64,000 bases of DNA. It comes from the human T2T-CHM13v2.0 reference genome, Homo sapiens. The notes below the pieces were generated by a model. That model did not search any database and had not been told where the DNA came from. It worked only from the letters and a program-made list of their open reading frames with translations. The position numbers were made by a program, and so were the translations under genes. This document shows, in pieces, positions 62,330 through 64,000 of the stretch. Where the stretch lies: the NCBI RefSeq assembly GCF_009914755.1, contig NC_060929.1. One strand, given 5' to 3'. Every line of letters starts with the position of its first letter. Position 1 is the stretch's first letter.

Positions 62330-63070
62330 AGACCCTCGCGTCCGCCCTCCAGACTGTGCTTCCCGCGCCGGACAGGGAAGTGGGAGTGCGGACGACAATC
62401 CGCATCCTGCCAGCCAGACGTCACCAAGCTGTCTTCCAAGAGGCAGGCGGAGAGAGCTGACTTCCGATTGGGTCAGCCGAGGGGCACGGCTGGCTCCCTA
62501 TTGGCTTACAGGAGGGGGCTAGAGAGAGGCGTGTCTCAACGTCACACCCGCCCCTAGTCTCCTTGCTGCTCAGGATTATGGGAGGGAAGGGAAGTCCAGG
62601 AGGGAAAAATGACCCGGAAAGACCTTTGCCGGCCTGGGCCAGCCCTCTTCCGGAGCTGATGTCTCCTCCCACCAACCAGGAGAGGTCCGCCCTAGGCCCC
62701 GCCCGTGCCGGGGGATCAGGTGATTGCGGGCCAACACGGTCACGTGACCGGGGCGCACCCGCCGATTGTGGCCATGGCGGCCGCAGTCTCTAGTGTGGTG
62801 AGACGAGTGGAAGAGCTCGGGGATCTGGCTCAGGCCCACATACAGCAACTTAGCGAAGCTGCCGGTGAAGATGGTGAGGGAGCGGAGGAGAGGGAGGCGG
62901 GCGGGGCAGACGGCGCTAAGGTACTGGCGCTCGATGGCTGTGAGGGCTAGAGGCTGAGGCCTGTGTTCCTTTGGGTCCCAGGCCGCAGGTGGTTACCCGA
63001 GGTCTGTCGCTTCTGAGCCCCTCTGCGCCATCGATTGCCCACTTCCCAGAACTCACAATGCCAAGGCGTT
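62330..63070 (+). promoter_or_regulatory. RIMOC1 CpG-island promoter
   Basis: CpG-rich; inverted CCAAT boxes (ATTGG) at 62467 and 62500; ACGTCA CRE half-sites; E-box/CLEAR GTCACGTGAC 62739-62748. Confidence 0.88.
62774..62873 (+). CDS. RIMOC1: RIMOC1 (C5orf51, RAB7A-interacting MON1-CCZ1 complex subunit 1) coding exon 1, MAAAVSSVVRRVEELGDLAQAHIQQLSEAAGED
   Basis: Strong Kozak GCCATGG; peptide recognised as the C5orf51 N-terminus; donor ATG|GTGAGG; in a CpG island; known neighbour of OXCT1. Confidence 0.93.
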
Positions 63071-63740
63071 GTCTTCGAAAACCGCATTATTCAGAACCCA
63101 TGGAAAATCTGTCTAGATCCGTGCTGGTGTAAACTGTCTCGGTAGCGATTGGAAGAAGGGCAGAATCTAAATAAAATACAGAAGTTTAAATAAATGGCTA
63201 AGATGAATGATAACACTCAAATTAGTTATGGTGGTTTGCATCCTGTAAAGATAAAAAGACATGTATAACAGTTCCACTTTTTCATTGCTGCGTTGTAATT
63301 TGCGTTTTACGTTTTGGATTCAAAACAACATTCTATAGAAGAGCTTTACATTGGTGTGTAGACTATTCTGCCCCATACATCATGCCAGTTCTCACAAGGG
63401 CTCTGTTAAGTATTGGCATACTTGTTTTGGAAAGGTCTAAGCTGTTAGGAAAAACTGGGCTAGGGAATTGCCTCAACCTTCTGAATTTAAGTCCAATTCT
63501 TTTCATTACGTCTCAGCTGCCTTTAGGTTCTACATTATTCCTTTTTGAGTTTGAGCAATTACTACAGATAGTTTTTAAAATTCTGTGGACTGACTCATAT
63601 CATCGGACTCATAGGAAAACAGTGGTGGAACATTTTCTTAAGCGATTGAATAGTTGGTGAATTTGTTATTAAATAGGGTCTATGATGAAATGCCTTAGTT
63701 TCAGTGAATATTTTTTGCCAGATTATCATTTATAAGGAGT

Positions 63741-63975
63741 GTTTTGTTTTGTTTTGTTTTTAGAGGCAGAGTATCATTCTGTTGCTCAGGCTGGAGCCCC
63801 TCTAGTAGTGGGACAACAGGCGCACACCATCTCGCCCGGCTAACTTTGGCATATTTTGTAGAAACGGGGTTCACCATGTCATCCAGGTTGGTCCTGAACT
63901 CCTGGGCTCAAGCATTCCACCCGCTTTGGCTTCCCAAAGTGCTGGGATTACAGGCGTGAGCCACTGTGCCAGGCC
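63741..63975 (-). mobile_element. AluJ with an internal deletion, RIMOC1 intron 1
   Basis: CTCCTGGGCTCAAGC; TSD core AGGAGTGT. Confidence 0.85.
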
Positions 63976-64000
63976 AGGAGTGTGTTCTTTAAAGACCTAC

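Noticed and set aside
62705-62773. GTG-initiated N-terminal extension of RIMOC1
   Set aside because: The region overlaps the core promoter motifs and is probably largely upstream of the start site; the ATG at 62774 has an optimal Kozak context.

Overview
This is human genomic DNA (two AluYa5 insertions; proteins recognised from translation), consistent with chr5p13.1. The minus strand carries coding exons 1-6 of OXCT1 (mitochondrial succinyl-CoA:3-oxoacid CoA transferase, SCOT), all with GT-AG boundaries and matching phases, starting from a CpG-island promoter at ~28.0-29.2 kb. That island probably also drives the antisense lncRNA OXCT1-AS1 on the plus strand. A ~33 kb repeat-dense interval follows, containing a nested MER4-group ERV, old L1s, MaLR LTRs, Alus and a decayed RPS2 processed pseudogene. 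The window ends with the promoter and first coding exon of RIMOC1 (C5orf51) on the plus strand. Nearly all other ORFs in the track are L1/Alu or GC-rich shadows. I see no evidence for a new protein-coding system. The most interesting signals are structural or regulatory: (i) an L1PA2/3 with a twin-priming inversion and an apparent ~200-bp 3' transduction; (ii) a tandem duplication enclosing a templated copy of sequence from 3 kb away plus a fold-back hairpin; (iii) OXCT1 exon 6, which regenerates a better 5' splice site on splicing than its own donor (candidate re-splicing exon); (iv) a perfect CLEAR palindrome next to the RIMOC1 start; (v) a 36-bp palindrome with a template-switch scar. Repeat subfamily names and parent-sequence comparisons come from remembered consensus sequences and need RepeatMasker/BLAT confirmation.
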